Source of the DNA: Felis catus
Lineage: Eukaryota
DNA length: 64,000 nt
Direction: 5' to 3'
Assembly: GCF_018350175.1 (NCBI RefSeq)
Contig: NC_058368.1
Location: forward strand, 163,000,001-163,064,000
Shown: positions 12,078 to 24,126 of the stretch, piece by piece
How the letters are laid out: each line of letters starts with the position of its first letter
Position numbering within the stretch: the stretch's first letter is position 1
The notes under the pieces: model-generated
What the model saw: the letters and a program-made list of their open reading frames with translations, nothing else
Databases searched by the model: none
What the model was told of the DNA's origin: nothing
Made by a program: the position numbers and the translations under genes

Positions 12078-13545
12078 GTCCACTTCTGGCCATGATGGAA
12101 TAACAGAAACCTAATTACCTTCCTACCATAAACAACTGGAAAACTGGACAAATAGATATTAAAATTTTTTCAGACAGTGGACTACAGGCAACATAGAAAT
12201 GTGATCTCTGAGAAAATCAAAGCAGATGAATTTTATTCTATAACTGACCAACTTTCTTTTCAGAAAGACATTCTGAGCATTGGAGCAAAAAGGCCATCCC
12301 AAGCAAAACATGCAGTTTGCTTATTCAAGAAGCCCAAAACCAGAGTTCAATGACTAAGGCAGGGTAGAGTTCCAGAGAGGAGCTACATAAAAAAAAACTT
12401 AAGAAATCTGCAAAGGCTAGAAAGGAACAATTGCAGATTTATGAGGTAAATTATTTCAAAGCTCCCACTCAAGAATGGGAGATGTTTGAGTTCCAACTAC
12501 TTGGGGTATGGTGTCCTTGGGACATTCAGTAGAGATCCAAAAGGTCGATTTTTTTAGTGCAGAACTAAATTATTCTTGGACCAAAACAACTTTGGACTCA
12601 TGTAAACGAAGTTTAAAAACAAGCCATGCATGGATGAAACTAAACTAGAACTAAATTAATTACCTATCATAACAAATCCAAACTTCTTTAAAGGAGACAA
12701 CAAAATCTAGACATTCAACAATGTAAAATTCAAAATGTCCAGCATCCAATAAAATACTACCAGATACTCTAAGAAGCAGGAAAATTTGACTTAAATCTGG
12801 GAGAAAAATCAGTCAATAAAAACAGTTACACAAACAGAGATGATGCAGTTTGAAAGCAGAGATGTTAAAATAGCTATTATAACTATCTTCAAGTGTTTAA
12901 AGAAAAAAATCAATATAATGAAGAGTTAAGTAGGAAATAGTTTAGAAGAATCAAAGGGAGTTCTAGAGGTACAAAGTTTAATATCTCAAATTAAAATTTA
13001 ACTGAGAAAGATTAATAGGAGCTTAGACATTGAAGAAGATAAGTGAATTAGAAGATATAGCTATAGAAAATATCCAAAATGAAAGAGATGAAAAATATTG
13101 GGAAAAAGCAGAGTATCAATGGCCTATTGGGTAATACCAAGCATTCTATTATACACACAATTATAGTCCTAGAAGTAAAGGAGACAAGGGCAAAGAAAAA
13201 TCATTTGAAAGAATAATAACCCCAAATGTCCAGATTCAATGAAAACTATAAAACTATGTATCTAAGAAGCTCAACAAACCCCCAAACAAAATAAAACAAG
13301 GGAAATAACACCAGGGGCACATCATAATCAAACTCTTGAAAACTAGTTATATAAATGAAATGTTTAAAATAACCAGATAAGCAGACTTGCCTCTGTCATT
13401 GTTATGCTGCCAATGGTGGTGGTCAAAATAAAGAACTGGTTTCCTTCCTTAAAAAAATAAAATAAAATAAAATAAAATAAAATAAAATAAAATAACCAGA
13501 TAGATGGCATATTAAATGCAGGGAAACAAAAATACGAACAACTGA
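12078..13545 (+). mobile_element. Old L1M 5' UTR and ORF1, with (TAAAA)n at ~13455-13495
   Basis: acttctggccatgatgg start; ORF1 remnants (aagaagctcaacaaacccc...cacatcataatcaaact). Confidence 0.8.
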
Positions 13546-13719
13546 AATAGAAACTTGTGGTTATCACTTGTTACTATGATTATAGATTGCTAATATCTAT
13601 CTTTAAAAAAGGCAGAAAACCCTAATATTTGTGAAAAGCTAAACTGGCTAAGCCATTTAGCATAGATTACTTAGGTTAATTAAATTGGCTTAAGTCACTT
13701 AAATAAATGAGCAGGGACT

Positions 13720-13925
13720 AGCTAGATGGCCACCAAAATTGTCTCTTCTTTTTGTTCAGCATACAACTAGCTGATTTGTGTCTGTGGCCAGTGGGTGCAT
13801 GTGATTCATGAAACATCCAGTCCTAGCTCATTAAAACCACCCACTTGACTGATTCTTAATGCTCTCTCTGTTTCTTTCTCCCAGCCAGCAGAGGATTCTG
13901 ACATACTAGGGGGATGGCAGATATA
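13720..13925 (+). mobile_element. MLT1-type MaLR LTR fragment
   Basis: Resembles old MLT1 (tagatggccacc...ctagggggatggcaga). Confidence 0.45.
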
Positions 13926-14263
13926 TCCCAATTTTCTCACAAATTCTGAGAGACCCTCAACATGTTTACTGGTTTAGTTCATAACTGGTGAAATCTTGAT
14001 CAGATTTTGGTTTATATTCTTCTGGATTCCTTTTCCAAAGTAGTGAGAACTCCATTAATTCTAAGTTTTTGGAGAATGTAGCCAGGCTTATAGCAATCTT
14101 CTTATGGTTATTAAAGGCTGAAATTAGTTTCTTAAATAATGGCAGATACTTGATTTAATTCCCTCTTCATTGTTAACGAGTTTAAGTAAATAGCTATCTA
14201 TCTCGCATGTAAGCAGTAGTCCCCAGATAAACTGCTACTACACCATGGCATGCTAAATGCTCT

Positions 14264-14278
14264 AGCACCACCTGGAGG
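14264..14278 (-). promoter_or_regulatory. Candidate CTCF motif
   Basis: Reverse complement CCTCCAGGTGGTGCT resembles the CTCF core. Confidence 0.4.
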
Positions 14279-14829
14279 GTGCTTGTTTAGGTACCAAAGA
14301 GAGACCCATTATGTGACCTAGTATGTTCTTGCACAAAAGACACAGTGAGCATTCTGCATACCTGTGCTTGCCCGGTTCTCCAGAATCACACTGAAAAAAT
14401 AATTCACGTATTCTGTAGAAAGATACATAAAGGTAACAGACCCTATTTGAGAAACATTTTGATTCTGGCCGAAGGATAATTTCAGGTTATGGATTACTGA
14501 AAAAAGAATACTAAATGTTTTTCTTTTTACTAAAAGTATATGTAATCCTCAATTAAAATGAGGACAATTTAAATGTGAAAGATGAAAAAACATTGAAGAA
14601 TAAACTGGATGGTATTTCCTAACTGGCTAGGAAATTGTTACTGTGGTTGGATGTATGAATGATCTATTAATTAACTTGTAATATGTCAATAAATTATACA
14701 TATATAATTAATTATATAAATATATGTACATATATATATAATTTATTACTCTGGCTTCTTTGGCCAGTAGAAACTTACTCAAATGACCTCTTTAGTTCTT
14801 TATGCATGATCAGATTAATCTTTCATAAC

Positions 14830-15365
14830 ATTTTTGTTTTCTCATGTAACATGAAGTTACATCTATTTGACATTTCCTGACCCAGACCTGGATTCTGCCA
14901 TTTTCCCCAGTTGCTCTGTTTCCTTATGGTGAAAAATTGTGTTTAGAAACCACACCTGAGCGCTAGAAAAATTTATTGTTACTGGGCTGGTCATCGTTTC
15001 TTCAGGCTTACAGCAGACACAGCTAGAAATGGTTTCCTAACAAAAATATACCTCGGTTCATACTGATAACTTCAGTTCAAAATCCCAGATTTATTGACCT
15101 TAAATCTACATAAACTTTCTCTCATGCCAAACATCTTGGCTCTCAAAGCAAAAATCACACACTGATTTTATCCAACATTACACACTCAATAATCTCAAAT
15201 AACCACCATGATAAATTGAAAACATTGGAATTTTCCCCATATTTTTTGTTCTTCATATATCCTGTAATGATGTATGTTAAGATCATTCTGCCTTACAGTG
15301 TTTAGGATAGTTCTTACTTGTGTAGTTATGCCACCAACTAGACAAAACTTTAAGCTCATTTGTTT
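14830..15365 (-). mobile_element. Old L1MC 3' region fragment
   Basis: cccagacctggattctgccattt...tttagaaacca...tactgggctggtcatcgtttct. Confidence 0.6.
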
Positions 15366-15370
15366 TACTA

Positions 15371-15603
15371 TTTTTTTTATTTTTTTAAAAATTTTTTTTC
15401 AACGTTTTTATTTATTTTGGGACAGAGAGAGACAGAGCATGAACGGGGGAGGGGCAGAGAGAGAGGGAGACACAGAATCGGAAACAGGCTCCAGGCTCTG
15501 AGCCATCAGCCCAGAGCCTGACGCGGGGCTCGAACTCCCGGACCGCGAGATCATGACCTGGCTGAAGTCGGACGCTTAACCGACTGCGCCACCCAGGCGC
15601 CCC
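15371..15603 (-). mobile_element. Young felid CanSINE
   Basis: CpG-rich; TSD tactattttttt at 15366 and 15605. Confidence 0.98.
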
Positions 15604-15659
15604 ATACTATTTTTTTATTTAACAGCTTTATAATTACCTAAAATACTCAGATATCTTCT

Positions 15660-16540
15660 CTGGAGAAATGACTCCAAATCTACAAAACACGGTACAGCCT
15701 TATAATTCTAATTTCTACCCAGTCTGTCTACTTTAATGCTATCCTTATCCATATTAATATTTGTAATTTTGTAGTTATCCTTCCATTGTTTTATTTTAGT
15801 GTAAATAGATGTGTTTATGCATATAAGTTATAGCATGCTGTGTATATTTTACTTCACTTTGTTTCTTTCACTTAATGCATCCTGGAGACAGGATTTCATA
15901 AGTCCATCTATATTTACTGATATGACTAATATTTTGGTCTCACTTTTGTCATAATATTTTATAAATATACATGTTCATAAATATGTACATTTGTGTTATA
16001 TATATATATTTTTTGAACTCTGTGATCTATTTTATTCTACTATCTCTCACAGTATACCTTTTAGTATTTAGAAAGTTTGTAATTTTGTTCTAACAGTTTA
16101 CCACTTTGGGATTTTTTTTTTTATTAGAATCACACTTAAATTTGAGAGAACTGATTTATTAATAATAGGACTCTAGTCTTTATGACCATCATGTATCCAT
16201 TTATTCATGTCTTATTTAACTTTGTTCAGCAAAGTTTTATATTTTTTAAATTCTTAATATTAAACATTAGTTAACAAATTTATTCCATAGCATTTTATTA
16301 TTGCTGATGCTATTATAAGTGAGATATTTCTCTATTTTATTTTCTAATTGGTTATTTATAAATAGGTAAGCTTTAATTTTTCTTCATTTATTTTGTATTT
16401 TATCTTACTCTTATTAGTGCTAAGTTTAAATATTTTTTTTATTTTGATATAATTTTAAGTTCACATGCAATTGTAAAATATAATACAGAGAGATCCCTTT
16501 ATTATCGTTTTGCTCAATGTCCCACTAGGAAAACATTTAA
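15660..16540 (-). mobile_element. Degraded old L1 (L1ME/MC) fragments
   Basis: T-rich antisense L1 motifs (tttgagagaactga..., atccatttattcatgtct, aatacagagagatccc). Confidence 0.55.
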
Positions 16541-17450
16541 AATTCTAAGAATAATGTGTTCACAGTTTAACTACACATTTGAAAAATCTATTCTTGTTAT
16601 AATTCTTTACCAGTATCTAAATATATGTTATAATCCAAAATAAATATAAATAATTTATTATTAAGTTTTCTTGATACATTCTCTGTGAGCATTGACTACA
16701 AATCTCAAATTTTAAATTATATAGTTATATTTTATATAACTGCATTTGGCAATTAGCCAGGGACCTATTGATGTCTGAAGTATATAGACTGTGTTACAGG
16801 TTTATTTTTAAATTCTTAAATAAAATACACTGCACGATCCATATGTTATCTATTCATCAAAAAGTCATGGTGCACAGTAAAGATCGGAAAACCATCTAAT
16901 GGCTGTTTGATTGTTATTCATCTCTAATAGGCAAATACCTTTTGCAACCACAAAGATTCCAGAGGCAGCTAAAAATATTGCTTCCTTATTGACTTGGTAA
17001 GCTGAGGTATATGGAATTTGAGGCCATATTTTCATATCTTAACAGCCACCTTTCTTTCTCAAAAATGACACACTAACAATACACATGCTAAATTCATTGA
17101 TATGTGAATGGAATATATAAAATGTGTACTCAACTCATTATGCTTTCCAGACTTTTGCTTTCATTTAGGAGGAAAAGTGCAAATGCATGACTATTCATTG
17201 CAGGCATTATTGGTATATTTAAATTAAGAAAATAGAAATTAGCATAAATTAAGCAATCAAATCTAAAAAGTGCCATTTGCTGGGAACCTCTGAACAGTTT
17301 CCACTTCAACCAGCATCCCCATTTTGCAGATATCAATTCTGGTATGAAAACATACCAAATGAGCAGGAAGGAAAATTCTTTTTATATTTTTCACCATGAG
17401 AAATGTCATAGGACAAAGACTTTGGAAATAGATGAAATAAAAACTTTATT

Positions 17451-17670
17451 GGGACGCCTGGGTGGCTTGGTCGGTTAAGCGTCCGACTTCGGCTCAGGTC
17501 ATGATCTCACGGTCCGTGAGTTCGAGCCCCGCATCGGCTCTGTGCTGACAGCTCAGAGCCTGGAGCCTGTTTCAGATTCTGTGTCTCCCTCTCTCTCTGC
17601 CCCTCCCCTGTTCATGCTCTGTCTCTCTCTGTCTCAAAAATAAATAAACGTTAAAAAAAATTAAAAAAAA
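17451..17670 (+). mobile_element. Felid CanSINE
   Basis: Full element; TSD aaaaactttatt / aaaaactttaat. Confidence 0.97.
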
Positions 17671-17855
17671 ACTTTAATGTTGAGACATTTATGTATACTT
17701 AGATTAATTTAAGAAAATAAGAATTTTTTAAAAAAGAATCATACAACTCTTGGCATGTTTCTTTATGCTCCCTGCATAGATTTTTTAAAATTATGCATGG
17801 AAAATAAGAAGCTATTCATATCTAATAATTAATCCTATACATATAACGATTTTTT

Positions 17856-18075
17856 TTTAATTTTTTTTCCACGTTTTTTTATTTATTTTTGGGACAGAGA
17901 GAGACAGAGCATGAACGGGGAAGGGGCAGAGAGAGAGGGAGACACAGAATCAGAAACAGGCTCCAGGCTCTGAGCCATCAGCCCAGAGCCTGACGCGGGG
18001 CTCGAACTCACGGACCGCGAGATCGTGATCTGGCTGAAGTCGGACGCTTAACCGACTGCGCCACCCAGGCGCCCC
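17856..18075 (-). mobile_element. Young felid CanSINE
   Basis: Perfect TSD tataacgatttttt (17842-17855, 18076-18089). Confidence 0.98.
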
Positions 18076-18134
18076 TATAACGATTTTTTAATAGAGTCAC
18101 ATTTTATCAACAAAAATACAAGTTCTATATTTGT

Positions 18135-18136
<2 letters not shown>

Positions 18137-18182
<46 letters not shown>
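18137..18182. repeat. (TG)n microsatellite
   Basis: About 23 perfect units. Confidence 0.98.
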
Positions 18183-18186
<4 letters not shown>

Positions 18187-18382
18187 ATGTGTTATATATA
18201 TAGTATGGGCATATTCATAATTTATATTCATTATTATTATTCTCTAGTATTCTCTAACAACTAAAAATAACACAAAGTTGGTTTTGCCTATCTTACGAAA
18301 ACAAAATACTTAAAATACTTTTTAAATTCTATCAGTTTATTTTAACCTTCAGTCATACTAAGTTTTTCTGTAATTTCTGGGT

Positions 18383-18705
18383 CAGCATTGTTTAGTAAAA
18401 ATATAACAAGAGCCAAAAAAGTAAGTTTAATTTTTTAGTATTCATTTTTTAAGTTTGAAAAAAAGTAAAAAATAATTTCAATAATTTATTTTTATTAATT
18501 CAACATATCCAAAATATTATCACCTCAACATTTAATAAATATTCAAAAACTTACCAATGCATTATTTTCCATCCTTTATTTTTCATGGTAACTCTAAAAT
18601 TGGTTGTATACTAGGCATCTTTAGTGTATCTAACTTCAGACTAGCTTCGTTTCAAGTGCCAACAACTGCATATGACTGGTGGCTACCATACTGGACAAAT
18701 CTAGA
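18383..18705. mobile_element. MER33-like hAT-Charlie non-autonomous DNA transposon
   Basis: caacatatccaaaatattatca...tttcaagtgc...ggtggctaccatactggaca matches recalled MER33 consensus. Confidence 0.85.
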
Positions 18706-19126
18706 TGGGTCAGGTCATTATGCACTTATGCAGGTTATGAATAGATTCTATGAATTATAAGGTGTAGAAGTTGCCACTGTCACCTCAAAAATAAACCACA
18801 CCTCCAGTACATACCTGTTATAAGATACAGAATTATTAAGGCATACCCAATTTGATTATATCTAAGGCAACTGGATATAAATCAGCTTAGAGATCAACAA
18901 GTATATGCAAGCATAAATCAACAGTACAAAATTGCCTACCATTTGATACCACCCTTAGAATCACACTTTAAGCCTTAGCTGTTTGATTGTTTGTTTCTTT
19001 CTTTCTTTTTGTCCACTTCATAAAAGACACAGTGCTTATGGAAAAAGGAAAAAAAAATCTATTTGAAAATCTTTAAGTTGTTTAAAAAGAAAAAGTTCCT
19101 TTCAGAAAGTTTATTTCAAAAGCAAT

Positions 19127-19316
19127 CAAAAGTTGGCAAACTTTTTTTTGTAAAGGGCCATATAATAATTATTTTAGGCTTTGTGGGCCATATAGTCCTT
19201 GTATCTATTCAACTCTTCGATTATAGTGGGGAAAAAACATAGATAATATGTAAACAAATGTGTTTCATACCTGTGTTTCAATAAAACTTTATTTATAAAA
19301 ATAGATGGTGGGGCCT
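19127..19316. mobile_element. MER58A-like hAT-Charlie element
   Basis: ttggcaaactttt...gtaaagggcca...ttttaggctttgtgggccata...caataaaactttattta. Confidence 0.9.
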
Positions 19317-20416
19317 TAGCTTTAATCCATCTAGACTACTTTCATTGCAAATGACAGAAAACCAGGTCAAATTTGTTGAATATTTATTGACAACAACAGC
19401 AAAATCATCTTAGCCAAAGTGTCCAAAAGCTGTTATCAGGTACCCATTTTCTCTCCACTTCTTGGTCATTAGCATATCCAGATTTAAATGCTTTTACTGC
19501 TCATGAACTCAGAAAGAAAGAGAAAAACTATATCAATCTCCAAAAAAATATTGGGGCCTTGGTTAAGCTATTTTCCCATCCTTGGATCAATCGATGTTCC
19601 CAGTAGAAGGAGATCCATTAATGGCCAGCATAGCTAACATGCTACACGCAGAAAACCAGAAGTGAGAAGAGAGAGAGATCTGATTGTCAGCCTTGCCAGA
19701 TGAGAGAGAGGCAGAAAATAAAAGGCGGGGGAGGGGGGAAGAATCTATGAAAAAGAAAGGAAGAAATAGAGGTCAAGACAAATTAAAGACCCTCATCAAC
19801 AGCATTATATCTCAGGATATTATCACTCCTGATGCATTAATTTCAGTGAATAAAGGAATACTAAAAGTAACAAGGACTTTTTCATCTGAGAGCATCAGGC
19901 ACTGGGGTGGAATGGAGCTACAAAAACGGATTGCAGGTATAATGAGAGCCTCATGATAAGCAGAAGACAATGTGTACAGATTATAACAAAGACATCCAGG
20001 CTGGGACAAAATCACCAAAGAGTGAGGATTTCTAATAGGCAAGTTAAGCACTGAATCATGCAATCTGAATCAAAAGAATGTGTCCTGACGAAGGTCACTG
20101 ACTGTAAAGGCAGTCTCATCTCATGGCATTTGGTGACAATTTGAGTTTCTAAAGCATAGCAGATATCAGAGACAGATGGATACTGGGTTTCAGAATAAAA
20201 ACACCATGATCCGAATTGATGGTGAGAGATAGTACTGTGGTACTAATTAATACCTGGCTGTTGATCTGGAGTTCCTTCAACACTCCCATTCAAGGTCAAG
20301 AATTTCCTATACTTGAGATAAAGCTGAGCCTGAAACTAATGATCAGTTCATGAGCATCTTATTTCCATGCAGAAATAAGATTCAGAAACTGAGAATAGGG
20401 TCTTGAGAACAGAAGA

Positions 20417-20590
20417 TTTTTTTTAAGTTTATTTATTCAGAGAGAGGGAGCACAAGCACAAGCAGGGGAGGACCAGAGAGAGAGGGAGACAGAGAATATC
20501 AAGCAGGCTCTGCACTGCAGAGCCTGACTCAGGGCTCTGAGCTAAAATCAAGAGGCAGACACTTAACTGACCGAGCCACCCAGGCGCCCC
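20417..20590 (-). mobile_element. CanSINE (internally shortened)
   Basis: Head ...gagccacccaggcgcccc, T-rich tail. Confidence 0.93.
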
Positions 20591-20601
20591 TATATTTATC
20601 C

Positions 20602-20655
20602 TTTATTATTTTTTTTAGAGACAGAGTATGCACACAAGTGGGGGATGGGCAGAGG

Positions 20656-20694
<39 letters not shown>

Positions 20695-20834
20695 GAGAAT
20701 CTCAAGATCTCAAGCAGATTCCACACCCAGCATGAGCCCTACCTACTCAGGGCTCGATCTCATGATGATGAGATCATGACCTGAGCTGAAATCAAGAGTT
20801 AGAAGCTCAAATGACTGAGCCATCCAGGCGCTTC
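20602..20834 (-). mobile_element. CanSINE
   Basis: Head ...tgagccatccaggcgcttc; (GA)n tract. Confidence 0.93.
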
Positions 20835-21096
20835 AAGAACAGAGGATATTTTTAAAGATTATAATGAAAGTTTCTGTTCTTTAAGATGGTTGAGGTTTTG
20901 TTTTTGTTTTAGCAATTTATTTTCTTTAATATGACAACCCTGAGTAGGGTGGTCTGACAGCTCTGATTACCAAGATTATGTAGGATTCCAAGCTATCAGG
21001 GCAGCTCAGCCAACTTTAAATTAGTTTCCATCTCTGGGTTCAAGAAGACTGCTCAGTTCTTACCATTTCCTAGTCAGGTGGAAGCAGAAAATATTA

Positions 21097-21520
21097 AAAG
21101 AAGAATAAGGAGAAATAGAAGGAAGAGGAGGAGGAGGAGAACAACAACAAGGAGAAGGAAGAGGAGGAGGAATAGGAGGGGAAGGCAAATAGGAGGAGGA
21201 GGAAGAGGAAGAAGAAGGAGGAGAAGAACAACAACAATATAACAACAATGAGGAGGAGGAGGAGGAGAAGGAAGAAGAAAGAGGAGGAGGAGGGGAAGGT
21301 GAAGAGGAGGAAGAGGAAGAAGAAGAAGAAGAAGAACAACAACAACAACAACAACGAGTAGGAGAAGGAGTGGAAGAGGTGGAAGAGGAAGAGGAAGAAG
21401 AGGAGGAGGAAGAAAATGAAGGAGGAGGAAGAGGAGAAAAAGAAAAAGAGGGAGGGGGAGGAAAGAAGAAGGAGAGAGGGAGAGGAAGAAAGAGAGGAAG
21501 AAGAAGAAGAAAGAGAACAG
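21097..21520. repeat. Compound GAA/GGA/CAA purine-rich low-complexity tract
   Basis: Directly visible; flanks resemble an old MLT1 LTR. Confidence 0.95.
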
Positions 21521-21691
21521 CAAACAAGCAGTGTCTTAGGAAGGAAGCAACAATGAAGTGTCACGTATCTTATCCAATCACATCTTATTAGTAAGAACTT
21601 AGCCATATGGTCATACGTACCTGTGTAACTATAGAGAGGTTGGAATGGATTTGAGTTCCATTAAGTAACAGAGGATATTGGACCCAAGATT

Positions 21692-21724
21692 CCATCAATA
21701 GAGAAATGGATAAAGCAGATGTGG

Positions 21725-21770
<46 letters not shown>

Positions 21771-22150
21771 GGAATACTATTCAGCCATTAAAGAGAATGA
21801 AATCTTGCCATTTGCAATGACAAGGATGGAGCTACAGAGTATAATGCAAGTAAAATAAAAATACCACCTAATTTTACTCATATATGGAAATTAAGAAACA
21901 AAACAAATGAGTAAAGGAAAAAAAGAAAGAGACAAACAAAGAAACAGATTCTTAACCATAGCGAACAAACTGATGGTTACTTGAGGGGAGGTGGGCAAGG
22001 GAATGGGTGACATATATGATGGGGATTAAAGAGCGCACTTGTGATAATCATTGGATAATGTAGGGAATTGTTGAATCATTATATCGCATACCTGAAACTA
22101 ACATAGCACTGTATGTTAACGAACTCTAATTAAAAACAAATAAATAAACA
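21692..22150 (+). mobile_element. Carnivore L1 3' end (5'-truncated) with (CA)n at 21727-21768
   Basis: aatggaatactattcagccat...aatgaaatcttgccatttgcaa; G-rich 3' UTR; A-rich tail. Confidence 0.92.
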
Positions 22151-22180
22151 CACTTATATCTTTAAAAAAGAGAGAGAGAG

Positions 22181-22420
22181 GAGGGCACCTGGGCAGCTCA
22201 ATCAGTTGAGCATCCAACTTGGGCTCAGGTAATGATCTCGTGGTTCACGAGTTCAAGCACCATGTCAGGCTCTGTGTTGACAGCTCAGAGCCTAGAGCCT
22301 GCTTCAGATTCTGTGTCTCCCCCACCCCTCTCTCTCTCTCTCTCTGCCCCTTCCCACTCGAGTTCTGTCTCTCCCTCTCTCTCAAAAACAGTAAATAAAC
22401 ATTAAAGAAATTTTTTAAAA
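22181..22420 (+). mobile_element. CanSINE
   Basis: Head, CT tract and tail; aaaaagagagag on both flanks. Confidence 0.95.
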
Positions 22421-22464
22421 AGAGAGAGGAGATTGGATATTGGAGCTTGAACTCCACTACCTAT

Positions 22465-23090
22465 CATTCATGCTTTTAACAAGTATTTATAATTGCTTAA
22501 TGGGATCAATTACCACTCAAAATAGAAAAAAAAAGATTTTAAAAAATAGAATACAGTTACTGCTCTTGAAAAACACAGTGTACTGAAGAAGATGTCTATG
22601 GAAATGATTTTAGCAGAGTAACTGTGCTATATTGGAGTATGTTTATGAGGTTCTCGGAGCATAAAGAAAAAAGCGCTATTGCCCACATAAGAAAGTCAAC
22701 AAAAGATTCATAGTGGAGGTAGTATTTGAGCTGAAACTTTTTAAATGATTATGAGGTCACCAGGTAACATAAGAAAGGGCGCTTTGATCAGCAAAGCTTT
22801 GGCAGAGTTCATTAGCCTTGGGGAATGGCAAGTAGCCTTGTATGAGTAGCTCTATTCAAAGTGTGTGTGTGTGTGTGTGTGTGTGCACGCGCGCACACAC
22901 ACACACACATGCAAAGGCATGCACATGGATATATGTTTGTATTAGGACAGAGAAATGAATTGGGGAGTGAGAGAAGAGTCAAGAAAGGTGCATAGGGACC
23001 TCGTAAGGAGTTTCAACCTGCTTATGAAGGATTTTAAGCAGGGTGGTGATGTGGTAGATTGGCATATCAGAAATTTTATTTTGGTTGAAG
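22465..23090 (-). mobile_element. L2 LINE remnant
   Basis: tcattcatgc...aacaagtatttat; atttgagctgaaacttt; aaggattttaagcagggt are L2 3' motifs. Confidence 0.65.
22861..22912. repeat. (GT)n-(GC)n-(AC)n compound microsatellite
   Basis: Directly visible. Confidence 0.95.
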
Positions 23091-23802
23091 TATCTTCTTA
23101 TGCATTCTTCATTTTAATAAAAAAAATTATTGAACACTGTCTTTGTGCCAGACCTATTCTCTGTCCTCTTAGAAAAAGCCAATTTTCAGTGAAATCAAAA
23201 ACAGAGGAATCAATCTTGTTACTTGGAGATATTTCCCCTTTTGGTAATTTCTCTCTTAGGACATAACTTAGTCTTTAAAAGACATAAAATATGAGTATCA
23301 TATAGTTTTTTATTTACACTGTCCACATTGGGTTCGAACAGCAGGTTCTCAGGCTCTTGTGTAAAAAACAAACAAAAACATTTCTGGCAAGCCTACCCAT
23401 CTAGGTTGCAGATATAGCTGGATTCCAGGGGTGAGAAAAGTTTAGAGGAATCAGTAAAAGCATCACATCTCTTGAGACAGTTGGTCCATCAACCACAAAG
23501 CAGCCTTGAATTTTGTAGGTGGACCTCATTTTATTTATATGTAACCAAAGAGGAAATAACATCAGATACCAGGAAATCACCACTCCTAGTTACTTAAAAT
23601 GAGAACCCGCTCCATGGCTTTACACCCTTATCTTAATTTCTTACCATTCTTTATGGCTGAAAAGAACCTTTGAGTTGGGAATTTGTCACTGTATAATTGC
23701 ATCTGGCCAGATATATTCCAAGGTATTTATTGCTATCTGATGTGTCAAATCTTCTTTCTACTTCCCAATGATCTCTGTCAACTCATTAAAAATCATTAAA
23801 GC

Positions 23803-24019
23803 GGGGCGCCTGGGTGGCTCAGTCGGTTAAGCGTCCAACTTCAGCCAGGTCACGATCTCGCGGTCCGTGAGTTCGAGCCCCGTGTCGGGCTCTGGGCTGA
23901 TGGCTCAGAGCCTGGAGCCTGCTTCCGATTCTGTGTCTCCCTCTCTCTCTGCCCCTCCCCTGTTCATGCTCTGTCTCTCTCTGTCCCAAAAATAAATAAA
24001 CGTTGAAAAAAAATTTAAA
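23803..24019 (+). mobile_element. Young felid CanSINE
   Basis: TSD aaaaatcattaaag (23788-23801, 24020-24033). Confidence 0.98.
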
Positions 24020-24111
24020 AAAAATCATTAAAGTAATGAAGCTGTTATAATACAAAAAGACAACTAAAAAATTCTAGAAATATCATCCAGATAGTAATGT
24101 ATTTATTTTCA

Positions 24112-24126
24112 CCACCAGGTGGCATT
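24112..24126 (+). promoter_or_regulatory. Candidate CTCF motif
   Basis: CCACCAGGTGGCATT is a close match to the CTCF core. Confidence 0.5.

Noticed and set aside
19684..19956. 90-aa ORF with a protein-like middle section
   Set aside because: TTG start in purine-rich low-complexity sequence; no known motif or splice support.
21060..21606. The longest ORFs in the track (149-170 aa)
   Set aside because: Artefacts of a stop-poor GAA/GGA/CAA repeat.
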